A DNA stretch of 64,000 nucleotides, from positions 119,297-183,296 of the forward strand of contig CAWEOA010000001.1 in the NCBI GenBank assembly GCA_963810615.1, in the 5' to 3' direction. The notes beneath the pieces are model-generated. The model did not search any database. It saw nothing but the letters and a program-made list of their open reading frames with translations, and had not been told where the DNA came from. Position 1 is the stretch's first letter; every line of letters starts with the position of its first letter. Shown here piece after piece: positions 43,836 to 53,869 of this stretch. A program made the translations under genes and the position numbers. This DNA comes from an uncultured Gammaproteobacteria bacterium. Its GTDB lineage: Bacteria; Pseudomonadota; Gammaproteobacteria; DRLM01.

Positions 43836-45410
43836 ATGACCGATATTCATCAACACCGTATTCTCATCCTCGACTTCGGTTCCCAATACACCCAGCTGAT
43901 CGCGCGCCGGGTGCGCGAAGCCGGCGTGTATTGCGAATTGCATCCCTATGACATGGATGCAGCGGCGATTCGCGCCTTCAATCCCCAGGGCGTTATCCTG
44001 TCGGGGGGGCCGGAGTCCGTGACATTGACCGAGACCCCGCGCGCGCAGCAACTGGTGTTCGAATTGGGCGTGCCGGTCTTGGGTATCTGCTACGGGATGC
44101 AGACCATGGCGGTGCAATTGGGCGGGACGGTGGAGACCTCGACACGCCGCGAATTCGGTTATGCCCAGGTGCGCGCCCGCGGCCATTCGCGCTTATTGCG
44201 CGACATCGAGGATCACACCACGGCCGAAGGCTATGGTTTGCTGGATGTGTGGATGAGCCACGGAGATCGCGTAGAGCAATTACCCCAGGGATTCAAGCTG
44301 ATCGCCAGCAGCGACAGCGCGCCCCTGGCGGGCATGGCCGACGAGGAACGCGGTTTTTACGGTGTGCAATTCCACCCCGAAGTGACCCATACCCACCAGG
44401 GTAGCCGCATTCTCAATCGATTCGTCCACGATATCTGCGGGTGCGCCGCAGACTGGACATCCAGCAATATCATCGACGACAGCATCGCGCAGATTCGTTC
44501 CCAGGTGGGAAAGGACGAAGTATTGCTGGGCTTGTCCGGCGGCGTGGATTCTTCGGTGGTGGCGGCCCTGCTGCATCGCGCCATCGGTGATCAGCTTACC
44601 TGCGTATTCGTCGACAACGGTTTGCTGCGCCTCGACGAAGGCGATCAGGTGATGGCCACCTTCGCCAAACACATGGGCATCCGCGTGATTCGCGTCGATG
44701 CCGAGGAGCGCTTCCTCAAGGCGTTGCACGGCATCGCCGACCCCGAACACAAACGCAGGATCATCGGCAATATGTTCGTCGAGGTATTCGAAGAGCAGGC
44801 CGCCAAGCTCAGCAATGCGCAATGGTTGGCGCAAGGCACCATCTATCCCGATGTGATCGAGTCCGCCGGCGCCAAGACCGGCAAGGCCCACGTCATCAAG
44901 ACCCATCACAACGTCGGTGGTTTGCCGGCGGCCATGCGCATGAAATTGATCGAACCGCTGCGGGAGCTGTTCAAGGACGAGGTGCGCAAGATCGGCGTAG
45001 AGCTGGGCCTGCCTCACGACATGGTATATCGCCATCCCTTCCCCGGTCCCGGTCTGGGGGTGCGCATCCTCGGCGAGATAAAGAAGGAGTACGCCGAGTT
45101 GCTGCGCCGCGCCGATGCGATCTTTATCGAGGAATTACGCGAACAAGATTGGTATGACAAGGTCAGCCAGGCCTTTACGGTGTTTCTGCCGGTACGTTCG
45201 GTGGGGGTGATGGGTGACGGCCGCCGCTATGACTATGTGGTGTCGTTGCGCGCGGTCCAGACCATAGATTTCATGACCGCCCATTGGGCGCCGCTGCCCT
45301 ATGAATTACTGGGTACCGTGTCCAACCGCATCATCAACGAGGTGCCGGGTATCTCGCGGGTGGTTTACGATATTTCAGGTAAACCGCCGGCCACCATAGA
45401 ATGGGAATAA
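43836..45410 (+). CDS. guaA: GMP synthase (glutamine-hydrolysing)
   Basis: [34 protein letters not shown]. Confidence 0.99.
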   Translation: MTDIHQHRILILDFGSQYTQLIARRVREAGVYCELHPYDMDAAAIRAFNPQGVILSGGPESVTLTETPRAQQLVFELGVPVLGICYGMQTMAVQLGGTVETSTRREFGYAQVRARGHSRLLRDIEDHTTAEGYGLLDVWMSHGDRVEQLPQGFKLIASSDSAPLAGMADEERGFYGVQFHPEVTHTHQGSRILNRFVHDICGCAADWTSSNIIDDSIAQIRSQVGKDEVLLGLSGGVDSSVVAALLHRAIGDQLTCVFVDNGLLRLDEGDQVMATFAKHMGIRVIRVDAEERFLKALHGIADPEHKRRIIGNMFVEVFEEQAAKLSNAQWLAQGTIYPDVIESAGAKTGKAHVIKTHHNVGGLPAAMRMKLIEPLRELFKDEVRKIGVELGLPHDMVYRHPFPGPGLGVRILGEIKKEYAELLRRADAIFIEELREQDWYDKVSQAFTVFLPVRSVGVMGDGRRYDYVVSLRAVQTIDFMTAHWAPLPYELLGTVSNRIINEVPGISRVVYDISGKPPATIEWE

Positions 45411-45445
45411 CACACTCAACCGCTGCAATGACCAGTTGTAATTAA

Positions 45446-45940
<495 letters not shown>

Positions 45941-46188
45941 TCGCATAAAACAAATATTATTCAAAGAGTTTTTTCATTTCTGTTGGGAGCGTGCCGACCA
46001 CTCGGTCGGTCTAATATTTCCAAATCTTACATCTGCGTGAATGTCCGGTTGACTTTATGCGGATATCACTAGAATCTAATAACTAATAATAGGTACTTAA
46101 GAATAAAAATTGGCCAAACCCAGTGGGGTATTTGGCGGGGGGAGGGGGCTGGTGTCAGATATGACGCTCCGGCCCATGAGGGTCAGTT

Positions 46189-49100
46189 ATGCGTGATCAA
46201 AACGACGAGAAGAGGCTTTCCGCCGGGCTGGGAGCGGGCACTATTTCGCTTGCCAAACTCAGTATGCCCCGCTCGGCAAAAGGTATTGTGCGGCCGCGCC
46301 TGCATAACATACTGGATGAGGCGCGCACAAGCAGTGCGGTGTGGATAGTATCCCCGGGCGGTGCCGGCAAGACCACGCTGACCGCCACCTATATCGCGGA
46401 ACGGCAGCTCCCCTATCTGTGGTATCAGATGGATAAGGACGATGCCGATCCCGCTACCTTTTTCTACTATCTTGGCTTGGCGGCCAAGCAGAGCCGGCCG
46501 GGTCAAGAAGTGTTTCTACCGCTGCTGACTTCCGAGTACCTCCACGACATTCCGGGTTTTGCGCGCCGCTATTTTCGTCAACTGTTTGCCTTGTTACCGC
46601 GCAAAAGTGTCGTGGTGCTGGATAATTACCAGGATCTCTTGAGTGCCGACGTGATAAATGAGGTGCTGCGCAATGCCATCGGCGAGCTGCCGGAGGGCAG
46701 CAATATCATTGTTATCGGCCGTAGCTCTCCGCCGCCTGTATTGGCGCGCTTGCAAGTGACCGGTGAACTGGAGATCATTGCCTGGGAGGATTTGTGCTTC
46801 AGCTACGATGAAACCGAAGCGATAGTCAGAGGGAATGACAGAAGCCTGGACACAAAAATCATACGCACGCTGCATAAGCGTTCGGAAGGCTGGGTCGCGG
46901 CATTGACCCTGATGTTGAAGCAGATTGGGAAAAAGCGTACGGAAGAGCAAAGTGTAGGGCTAGAGTCCCTGGAGCGGATATTTGATTTTTTCGCCAGTGA
47001 GTTTTTCGATGAGCTGCCGGATGCTACCCGTGATTTCCTGTTGCAAACTTCGCTATTGACGCATATTACGCCGAGTATGGCGGTTGCGGTGAGCGGGAAT
47101 AACGATGCCGGCAAGATACTCGCTACCCTCCATCGGCAGCAATTTTTCACCAGCCGGCGGGATTTGTCCGAAGTTACCTATCAATATCACGCCTTGTTCC
47201 GTGAATTTCTGATGGCAAGGGCCGTTGAGACCTACACCCGAGAACAATATCTCGAACTGACGCGCAGGGTGGGAAACTCGCTCGAAAAACACGGTCGCGA
47301 AGAGGAGGCCATTGCACTTTATCTTCAGTCCCAGGCATGGGCGGAGGCCGGAAGATTGATCCTGGTACAGGCGCCGCAACTGCTTGCTCAAGCCCGGGCG
47401 CAAATCGTCGCGGGTTGGCTACAATGCCTGCCCGAAGAAATACTGATGGCGACACCCTGGTTGTTATATTGGCGAGGTATCAGCCAGCAGTGCGTCAATC
47501 CATTCGAGGCGCGAGCGACGCTGGAGCAGGCCTATGCGAGTTTTGCGGATGATGGGGATGTTTTAGGGCAATTGTGCGCAGCATCCGCCATCATCGATAT
47601 CATATTTTTCGTAAGAGAAAGCCTGCTGTCCACCACCCGCTGGATCGAAGTGCTGCAAAATTCCCTTGCGATGCATTTGAAATTTCCTTCCGCGCAGATT
47701 GAGGCCCGCATCATATCTAGCCTGTTTTCGGTGTTGATGTACATTCGTCCCCAGGAACCACAGCTGCCGATTTACGCTGAGCGGCTCATGATATTGCTCG
47801 ATGAAGATTTGGAAATGAATCAGAAGGTGATGATTGGGGCGCATCTCGTCAATTATTACTCCCACGCGCTTGGCGATCTCAGCGCCTGCGAGCGCATCAG
47901 TATGCGCATCACGCCTGCGCTGTCTTCACCGCAGGTCACGCCCGTCACACAGATGATGTGGAGATGTTTTAACGTGCTGCCAAACCTCCTGAGCGGCGAG
48001 GATGAGCTGGCTTATGAATTGGTTCGTCCACTGCCGGCGCTGATAAAGGAAAATAATCTGCCATTCATGGGGCTGCTTGCGAAATTCTATTTAATACTCG
48101 TGAATATATATCGGGGAGATATGCGCGGCTCGCAACAGCTACTGGAGCGTATGTCGACAGTGATGAATACATCCCAACCCGCCGATGTAGCCTGGCTCTG
48201 TTTGGCCAGATGTTGGTATGCCTTATCGAGAGGCGATTATTCCACGGCACACAACCAGGGCCAGGCTTCATTGCAGGTTATTTCCAGCGTGGGTGCCACG
48301 CTCACAGAAATTGATGTCAGTTGCCTCATCGCGCTTGAGCGCATCCAAAGCAAAAAATATGACGAGGCCCTAGGTTACCTGGCCATGCCCCGTAAACTGG
48401 GCTTTGCCCATAGTCCGCGCATCCGTCATCAAGTGTTATTAGTTGAGGCCTATTCATATTTCCGGCAGAGTAATAGTCCGAATGGCCTCGAGCGCCTTCG
48501 GGAGGCCTTCGCTATCGGGAGCAATGAAAACTACTTTGGCAGTATCTATTGCTGGTTCCCGAAAGAGGTGATGACGCGACTTTGTTCCGAGGCGCTGAGA
48601 GCCGGTATCGAAGTCGAATATACGCAGCGCTTGATTTCCATTCGCAAGCTACTCCCCGACGATCCGTACATGGAGGACTGGCCATGGCCCATCAGAATTT
48701 ATACCTTGGGGTCTTTCAGGTTGGTTATTAACGGTCAGTCCCATTCTTTGGAGGGCAAAGCCCAGTACAAGCCGCTTAAGCTGCTCAAAATCTTGGTGGC
48801 CTTAGGTGGTCAGGAAGTGAAAGAAGAAAAAATAAGTGAGTTACTGTGGCCAGATGCCGAGGGAGATGCGGCCCATTCCGCATTTACCACCACCTTGTCG
48901 CGCCTGCGAAAATTGCTCGGCGACGACACGGTCGCCGTTAAAAACGGGCGATTGAGCCTGAATAAACTGCGTTGTTGGGTGGATGTCTGGGTCCTTGAAG
49001 AGCAGCTTGATCAACTGCAAATGACTAGTGCCGATCAGATGGAGCTGCGAACGCTTGTGGATAAAATCATTGCCCTTTATCGGGGGCCGTTCATGAATGA

Positions 49101-49413
49101 TGAGGATGGGATTTGGGTGGAGCGGTTGCGGCAGCGTCTACAGTCGGTGTTTTTCCGTTTCATATTGCACTATGGCCGAACCCTGTCCGTGGAGCATGCC
49201 GATGAGGGTCAAGTTGCTCGATCAGTCGAATTGAGCGCGGCATTTGATCCATGCGCGGATGATTTTTATCGCAGTCTCCTGACCAGCTATACAGTTATGG
49301 GCCAGAGAGCCGAGACGCTTGATGCTTATTCTCAGTGTCGTGAGATTCTCACTCGTGATTTTGGGGTCATTCCTGCCGATGTGAATAAAATCTTCCGCGG
49401 TAATTCAGATTAA
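46189..49413 (+). CDS. MalT-like STAND NTPase with helical/TPR sensor and C-terminal wHTH-BTAD (SARP-like) regulator
   Basis: SPGGAGKTT, VLDNYQD, SEGWVAAL, YQYHALFREFL; C-terminal IYTLGSF, LLWPD, LSRLRK, LYRGPF and BTAD-like tail. Confidence 0.85.
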   Translation: MRDQNDEKRLSAGLGAGTISLAKLSMPRSAKGIVRPRLHNILDEARTSSAVWIVSPGGAGKTTLTATYIAERQLPYLWYQMDKDDADPATFFYYLGLAAKQSRPGQEVFLPLLTSEYLHDIPGFARRYFRQLFALLPRKSVVVLDNYQDLLSADVINEVLRNAIGELPEGSNIIVIGRSSPPPVLARLQVTGELEIIAWEDLCFSYDETEAIVRGNDRSLDTKIIRTLHKRSEGWVAALTLMLKQIGKKRTEEQSVGLESLERIFDFFASEFFDELPDATRDFLLQTSLLTHITPSMAVAVSGNNDAGKILATLHRQQFFTSRRDLSEVTYQYHALFREFLMARAVETYTREQYLELTRRVGNSLEKHGREEEAIALYLQSQAWAEAGRLILVQAPQLLAQARAQIVAGWLQCLPEEILMATPWLLYWRGISQQCVNPFEARATLEQAYASFADDGDVLGQLCAASAIIDIIFFVRESLLSTTRWIEVLQNSLAMHLKFPSAQIEARIISSLFSVLMYIRPQEPQLPIYAERLMILLDEDLEMNQKVMIGAHLVNYYSHALGDLSACERISMRITPALSSPQVTPVTQMMWRCFNVLPNLLSGEDELAYELVRPLPALIKENNLPFMGLLAKFYLILVNIYRGDMRGSQQLLERMSTVMNTSQPADVAWLCLARCWYALSRGDYSTAHNQGQASLQVISSVGATLTEIDVSCLIALERIQSKKYDEALGYLAMPRKLGFAHSPRIRHQVLLVEAYSYFRQSNSPNGLERLREAFAIGSNENYFGSIYCWFPKEVMTRLCSEALRAGIEVEYTQRLISIRKLLPDDPYMEDWPWPIRIYTLGSFRLVINGQSHSLEGKAQYKPLKLLKILVALGGQEVKEEKISELLWPDAEGDAAHSAFTTTLSRLRKLLGDDTVAVKNGRLSLNKLRCWVDVWVLEEQLDQLQMTSADQMELRTLVDKIIALYRGPFMNDEDGIWVERLRQRLQSVFFRFILHYGRTLSVEHADEGQVARSVELSAAFDPCADDFYRSLLTSYTVMGQRAETLDAYSQCREILTRDFGVIPADVNKIFRGNSD

Positions 49414-49499
49414 AATTAATTTCGTCCTGGAGTTCCCGGCCTCATTCAAGCGATCCTGCCCCGCATCGTTACGTACCTTTTCCAATTGGCTTTTTGGCC

Positions 49500-49539
49500 G
49501 AATCGTGTGATCTATTTGTGACTTTCCATGTGGTATAGA
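49500..49539 (+). promoter_or_regulatory. TGTGA direct-repeat promoter, copy 1
   Basis: GAATCG TGTGA tctatt TGTGA ctttcca TGTGG TATAGA; repeats start at 49506, 49517, 49529. Confidence 0.65.
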
Positions 49540-49756
49540 GGTGGGAATGAGGCTGCATTATTTTAATAGTCTCGCGGCGATGCGAATAATTGCGGGCGAG
49601 GGGTGAGGGCAACTGTTCGGATGGTGAGCAAAAAGGTTGCGCCCTTCAATTTCAGACCAGGTACTTGGATGGCATTCCGGCGCTGAAAATGTGGTGGCCT
49701 TGCGAGGCGCTAATTTTTTATATCTAGGCGAGATGTGTATAAGCAATACGCCAAAT

Positions 49757-50479
49757 ATGGCTATGAATGAAGCGTTAACGGCAAAGATCATGCGCCCGCG
49801 CTTTGCACGGGCTCATCGGCGCAGTGATCTGCTTGGTTTGCTGGATGTATTGAATCCGGCGCGGTTGATCATAGTCAGTGGTTTGATCGGGGCGGGGAAA
49901 ACGGCGCTGGTCAGTAGTTACGTCGAGACTAGAAATGTGCCTTGCCTGTGGTATCAACTAGACCGGAATGACGAGAACCTTGTCAATTTCTTCGCTTTTA
50001 TGAGCATGGCGGCAGCCGCTGTCCAGCCGCGAAAGAAAGACGAGGTGCCGCTGGCTTCACCGGAATGCACCGTGGGTGTATCGATGCATGTGAAAAGTTA
50101 TTTTCGCGACTTATATCAATTTCTGGAATCGCCGTTCTTTGTGGTTTTTAACAATTGCCAAGAATTGCGGGTAGATGGGCCGTTGCTGGGGGTATTACGG
50201 GACGCTTGCGATGTGCTTCCGGCAAATGGTCGTATGATCATGATCAGCAGCAATGAAAATCCTCCGACGTTGGTGTGGTTACGGACCAATTGTTCGGTAA
50301 TCACAGTTGGCTGGCAGGAGCTGCGCCTCGATCCCAATAAGTTTGAAAATGATGCAGTCCTGAACGCGCGAGCCCTACCGACCGACGAAGCTGCCAAGCG
50401 ATTACGGCGCATGGTTGGTAATTGGGCGGCGGAGCTGCTACTGGACTTGCAGTCCTCGCTCAACGGCGATAGCAATTAA
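49757..50479 (+). CDS. NTPase-only MalT-like STAND paralog 1 (degenerate Walker B)
   Basis: AKIMRP, GLIGAGKT, LWYQLDRNDENLVNFF, FVVFNNCQE; ends after VGNWAAEL; start uncertain (49733/49757/49763). Confidence 0.8.
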   Translation: MAMNEALTAKIMRPRFARAHRRSDLLGLLDVLNPARLIIVSGLIGAGKTALVSSYVETRNVPCLWYQLDRNDENLVNFFAFMSMAAAAVQPRKKDEVPLASPECTVGVSMHVKSYFRDLYQFLESPFFVVFNNCQELRVDGPLLGVLRDACDVLPANGRMIMISSNENPPTLVWLRTNCSVITVGWQELRLDPNKFENDAVLNARALPTDEAAKRLRRMVGNWAAELLLDLQSSLNGDSN

Positions 50480-50716
50480 TCTATTCAAAATATATTACAG
50501 GTCGTGTTGATAGCCTATTTGCCAAGTCGAATCACCATGAATTCATGAGCGCTCTATTCACTGTGTTCACAACTTTATCTTTACTCCTTGAGTCTGCGAG
50601 TTAAAATTTATAATGACCTTGCTGCGCGGCTTTTATCCGGCATTCAATTTCACAGTTTTGACATTAAGTGAGTGATGTCATTTGCACGTAAGCGGCATAG
50701 CGTGATGTTATATCGG

Positions 50717-50757
50717 GAATCGGTGTGACTTTTTTGTGACCCATTTTGTGATATGTA
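50717..50757 (+). promoter_or_regulatory. TGTGA direct-repeat promoter, copy 2
   Basis: GAATCGG TGTGA cttttt TGTGA cccattt TGTGA TATGTA; repeats start at 50724, 50735, 50747. Confidence 0.65.
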
Positions 50758-50888
50758 TGGAAAACACTACATGCTAAATCTGGGGGTCAATTATCCAAGA
50801 GAGAAGGATTTGGTTTCAATGATCATCGGCGGTGACGCGGCATGCACTTTGCATTGTATCCACATGATAGCTCAATGGAGGAAATATC

Positions 50889-51686
50889 ATGAGTATGTGG
50901 TGGCGCAATATCATCGACCCCGTATTGGTTTCCGGCAAGACTAATCCTCGTGTAAATAAGGGGATAGGTATGAGAGGGAAGAAAGTGATACTCACCAAGG
51001 TCACGCGACCCCGTCTACAACTTACTTACCCACGCACTGATTTGTTCAATTTGCTGGACGAGTTAAGTGCAACGCCATTAATCATGGTTAACGGCTTGCC
51101 TGGCTCCGGTAAAACTACCCTGATGTCGAGTTATATAGAAACTCGTAATATCCCGTGTCTGTGGTTTCAAGTGGATCGCAATGACCAGGACCTGTCTACA
51201 TTCTTTTATTATCTTGGAATTGCCGCGCTCAGAAGCAATCCCTATAACAAGGCCGCCTTGCCTCGAGTTTCCCCCGAACGAGTCTTTAAGGTGGCTTCGG
51301 TGGCAAAGGAGTACTTTCAGAAGCTTTATCAATGTCTTGAACCTCCCTTCATGATTGTGTTGGATCAATATCATGAACTTCCCGCAGATGCCGCGTTGCA
51401 CGATGTGATAGCAGAAGCGTGTGTAGCACTTCCTCCGGGGGGGCGGATCGTATTGATCCGCAACAGTGATTGCCAAGCGAATGTCCCCCGTCTGCGCACT
51501 CAGCGCACGGTCGCCACCCTCGGTTGTGAAGAACTGCAACTGAGTCCGGGAGAAGTTAGAGAGATTGCGGCTTTGCACGGGGTGAGATTACCGTCCGAGC
51601 AGGCGGCCAGGCAGTTGCAGGCCAAAGTGGATGGCAGGGCGGCGGGACTTGTCAATGAGCTGAAAAGGGAATTTCTGCCCCAATGA
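50889..51686 (+). CDS. NTPase-only MalT-like STAND paralog 2
   Basis: TKVTRP, GLPGSGKTT, LWFQVDRNDQDLSTFFYYLG, VLDQYHE; ends after VDGRAAGL; GGAGG RBS. Confidence 0.82.
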   Translation: MSMWWRNIIDPVLVSGKTNPRVNKGIGMRGKKVILTKVTRPRLQLTYPRTDLFNLLDELSATPLIMVNGLPGSGKTTLMSSYIETRNIPCLWFQVDRNDQDLSTFFYYLGIAALRSNPYNKAALPRVSPERVFKVASVAKEYFQKLYQCLEPPFMIVLDQYHELPADAALHDVIAEACVALPPGGRIVLIRNSDCQANVPRLRTQRTVATLGCEELQLSPGEVREIAALHGVRLPSEQAARQLQAKVDGRAAGLVNELKREFLPQ

Positions 51687-52477
51687 AAGGACTTCACCAT
51701 GTATCGGATTGGATTTAGGGCGATGCGTTGGAGTGCTCGCCGGATATCCGATCACTTACAGGTGACGGTTCAGATAGCGGGCATTTCAATCGGTTCGTTA
51801 AGCGCGGGAGTGGGCGCCGGTGACGCTTAGTGGCAGAGTGTTCAGGCGCTTGCAGGGGTTATGTACGGCCGTAATAGGGTCTTTCAGATCTGGCGCCTGG
51901 TATCGTTAGTTTGTCGATGCAGAGTTTCTTTTAGCCGCCTGTTGATACCAATATCTGGCTCGTTCTTTATCCTTTATCAACCCTAACCACCCCTCTTGGT
52001 AGGCATGAGCAAGGAATTCCTGCGCAACCGCATTGCCGTTTGAAGCAATTTTATATAACCATTGTGCAGTATCATTATTATGCACTGTGGGATGCCTTAA
52101 GCTATTTCACCTTATTATTCTATAGATTGTAGCCCGGGAATTAATTACCAAAGCCTGAATAGGCCCCACGGATGCCATGCATACTGCGATATGGCCGTTT
52201 GGGCGTTGCGGGGACGTCGACATTTCAGTGCGATATGGGCTTGTCGCTCTCATATGTGCCGCTAGTACACGGCATCTGGTCTCGCGCCAAATGGCTTCCG
52301 TCTCCGCGATATGGGTAAGGGTACCAGTCCTAGGCTCAGCCATCATGGACGGGTGCCGGGGTGTGTAAACTCCATGGTGAGCGGCACGAATATTACCTAT
52401 AAATGTCCCTGTGTTACTTTATTTTGCCCAGTGGCTTGTTGTTGGGGCAGACAACGCTTATTCTATTGCCCCTTCCG

Positions 52478-52570
52478 GGAGAGGTACCGAAGTGGCCATA
52501 CCGGCACCGACTCGAAATCGGTTGGGGGCTTTACCGCCCCACGTGGGTTCGAATCCCACCCTCTCCGCCA
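52478..52570 (+). tRNA. tRNA-Ser(CGA)
   Basis: Acceptor stem GGAGAGG/CCTCTCC-G-CCA, anticodon arm ACCGA-CT-CGA-AA-TCGGT, long variable arm, GGTTCGAATCC. Confidence 0.97.
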
Positions 52571-53222
52571 TACCCTCGATGATTCACTTACTTTGATTGG
52601 TCTGCCGCACGGGGATTAGAACCCTCGTGGAAATCAATTATCCTGGTTTGACGACCGAGCGGATTTTGCGAGGGAGCACGTCGTCCCTAAGAGGTGGATA
52701 GGAATCCTCCCGTATCCTGAACCGAACTGTTCGGTTTAACGAAACGCATGGCTCATAAAATTAATTCGACGCTTGGCAGGTCGAACGCTCTAGGTCGGCT
52801 CATGCCTTGTTGCGTATGGGTATACGGGCGTTCCGGCTTTCTGGGTATCTTGAGCAGAGTCCGGCTTCAAACTGTCCCAATATATCTGCACAAAGGTGAA
52901 GTTGGTTGGCAGAACGTAGTGTAGGGAAGTCTTGAATCATGTTAAACATGACAATCAATATGGTATTAATCTTCCAGTTCATGGGGCGTTGTGGACGCTT
53001 GCTGTATAGAAGCGTTCATGCATCATGACGGGAAAGTGTGGATAAACCTTTGCTTATCGCCTCCAAGCGGCCGTTGTCGAACAATCACCCATCTGAATTC
53101 TGAACCGAGTCTTACTCGAGGGGTCTAATTCGCACCGAGACTCTGCAGCGGTTGTGTGGAGCCTGTCGGAATTGGTTGTAGCATGCGCGCTTTATTGTGC
53201 AAGAGATAAAGGAGACAGGCAT

Positions 53223-53570
53223 ATGAAAGTTATCTGGAAGAATGTGATATGTATGCTGGCGGGTTTGTGGTTGTGGTTATCTCCCTTTATTTTACAATTC
53301 AAGTTGGGTTCACACGCCTCCAGCGATGCAAATATCGTGGGGATCTTTATCGGGACCTTATCAATGATGGCGATTGCGACGCCACAGGTCTGGGAGGAAT
53401 GGACCAAGGTGGTATTGGGTGTCTGGTTGCTTGCCTCTCCCTGGCTGCTGGGCTTCAGCCATCAAACTGTGGCCGCAGACAATATTATGCTCGTAGGTTT
53501 GGTGGTGGTGATTCTGTCCTTGTGGTCTCTGGCTCGGCGTTCAATGCCGCAGCCGCTTACTAATAGTTAA
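53223..53570 (+). CDS. SPW repeat membrane protein
   Basis: GLWLWLSPFIL and GVWLLASPWLLGF repeats; AAGGAG RBS. Confidence 0.88.
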   Translation: MKVIWKNVICMLAGLWLWLSPFILQFKLGSHASSDANIVGIFIGTLSMMAIATPQVWEEWTKVVLGVWLLASPWLLGFSHQTVAADNIMLVGLVVVILSLWSLARRSMPQPLTNS

Positions 53571-53597
53571 TTGAAGTAGGGTATCTTTGGCCGTGTG

Positions 53598-53626
53598 CGG
53601 GAGAGGAGTGGTTTCTCCCTCCCGCC
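53598..53626 (+). terminator. GC-rich hairpin after SPW gene (no clear U-tract)
   Basis: GCGGGAGAGGAG...CTCCCTCCCGC imperfect stem. Confidence 0.35.
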
Positions 53627-53869
53627 GGGCCCGTTGCGCTCAGAGTAGGATAATTCTATGCACGAACGGTTCCCTTAAGTGCCTGTGATTTCGGTGTAGT
53701 GAAGGCTATGTACCGTTCCGCTGCGGTTGAGCAGGCGCTGCAGGTAATGGAAAAGCTTCACGGTCAGTCTCTGAACGATGTCTGTCTCGATGCACTCATT
53801 AAATGTCTGCCCGAGTTCAATCTGAACTGAAGTGCGATTCAGAAGCTATCGGGTTAAAAGCTGGTCGCA

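Noticed and set aside
49607-49645. GGGCAAC...GTTGCGCCC hairpin resembling a c-di-GMP-I riboswitch start
   Set aside because: Lacks the GNRA tetraloop and GGGACGCAAAG core
49506-50751. TGTGA motifs read as CRP sites
   Set aside because: They are direct repeats, not inverted TGTGA-N6-TCACA
46189-51686. STAND genes as an Avs-type antiphage system
   Set aside because: No nuclease, TIR, Sir2 or protease effector; the output is a wHTH-BTAD transcription domain and the NTPase is MalT-like
51699-52982. Short ORFs in the gaps around tRNA-Ser (e.g. 51699-51830 +, 52107-52346 -, 52800-52982 -)
   Set aside because: No recognisable motifs or convincing coding signal; cannot be supported without homology data
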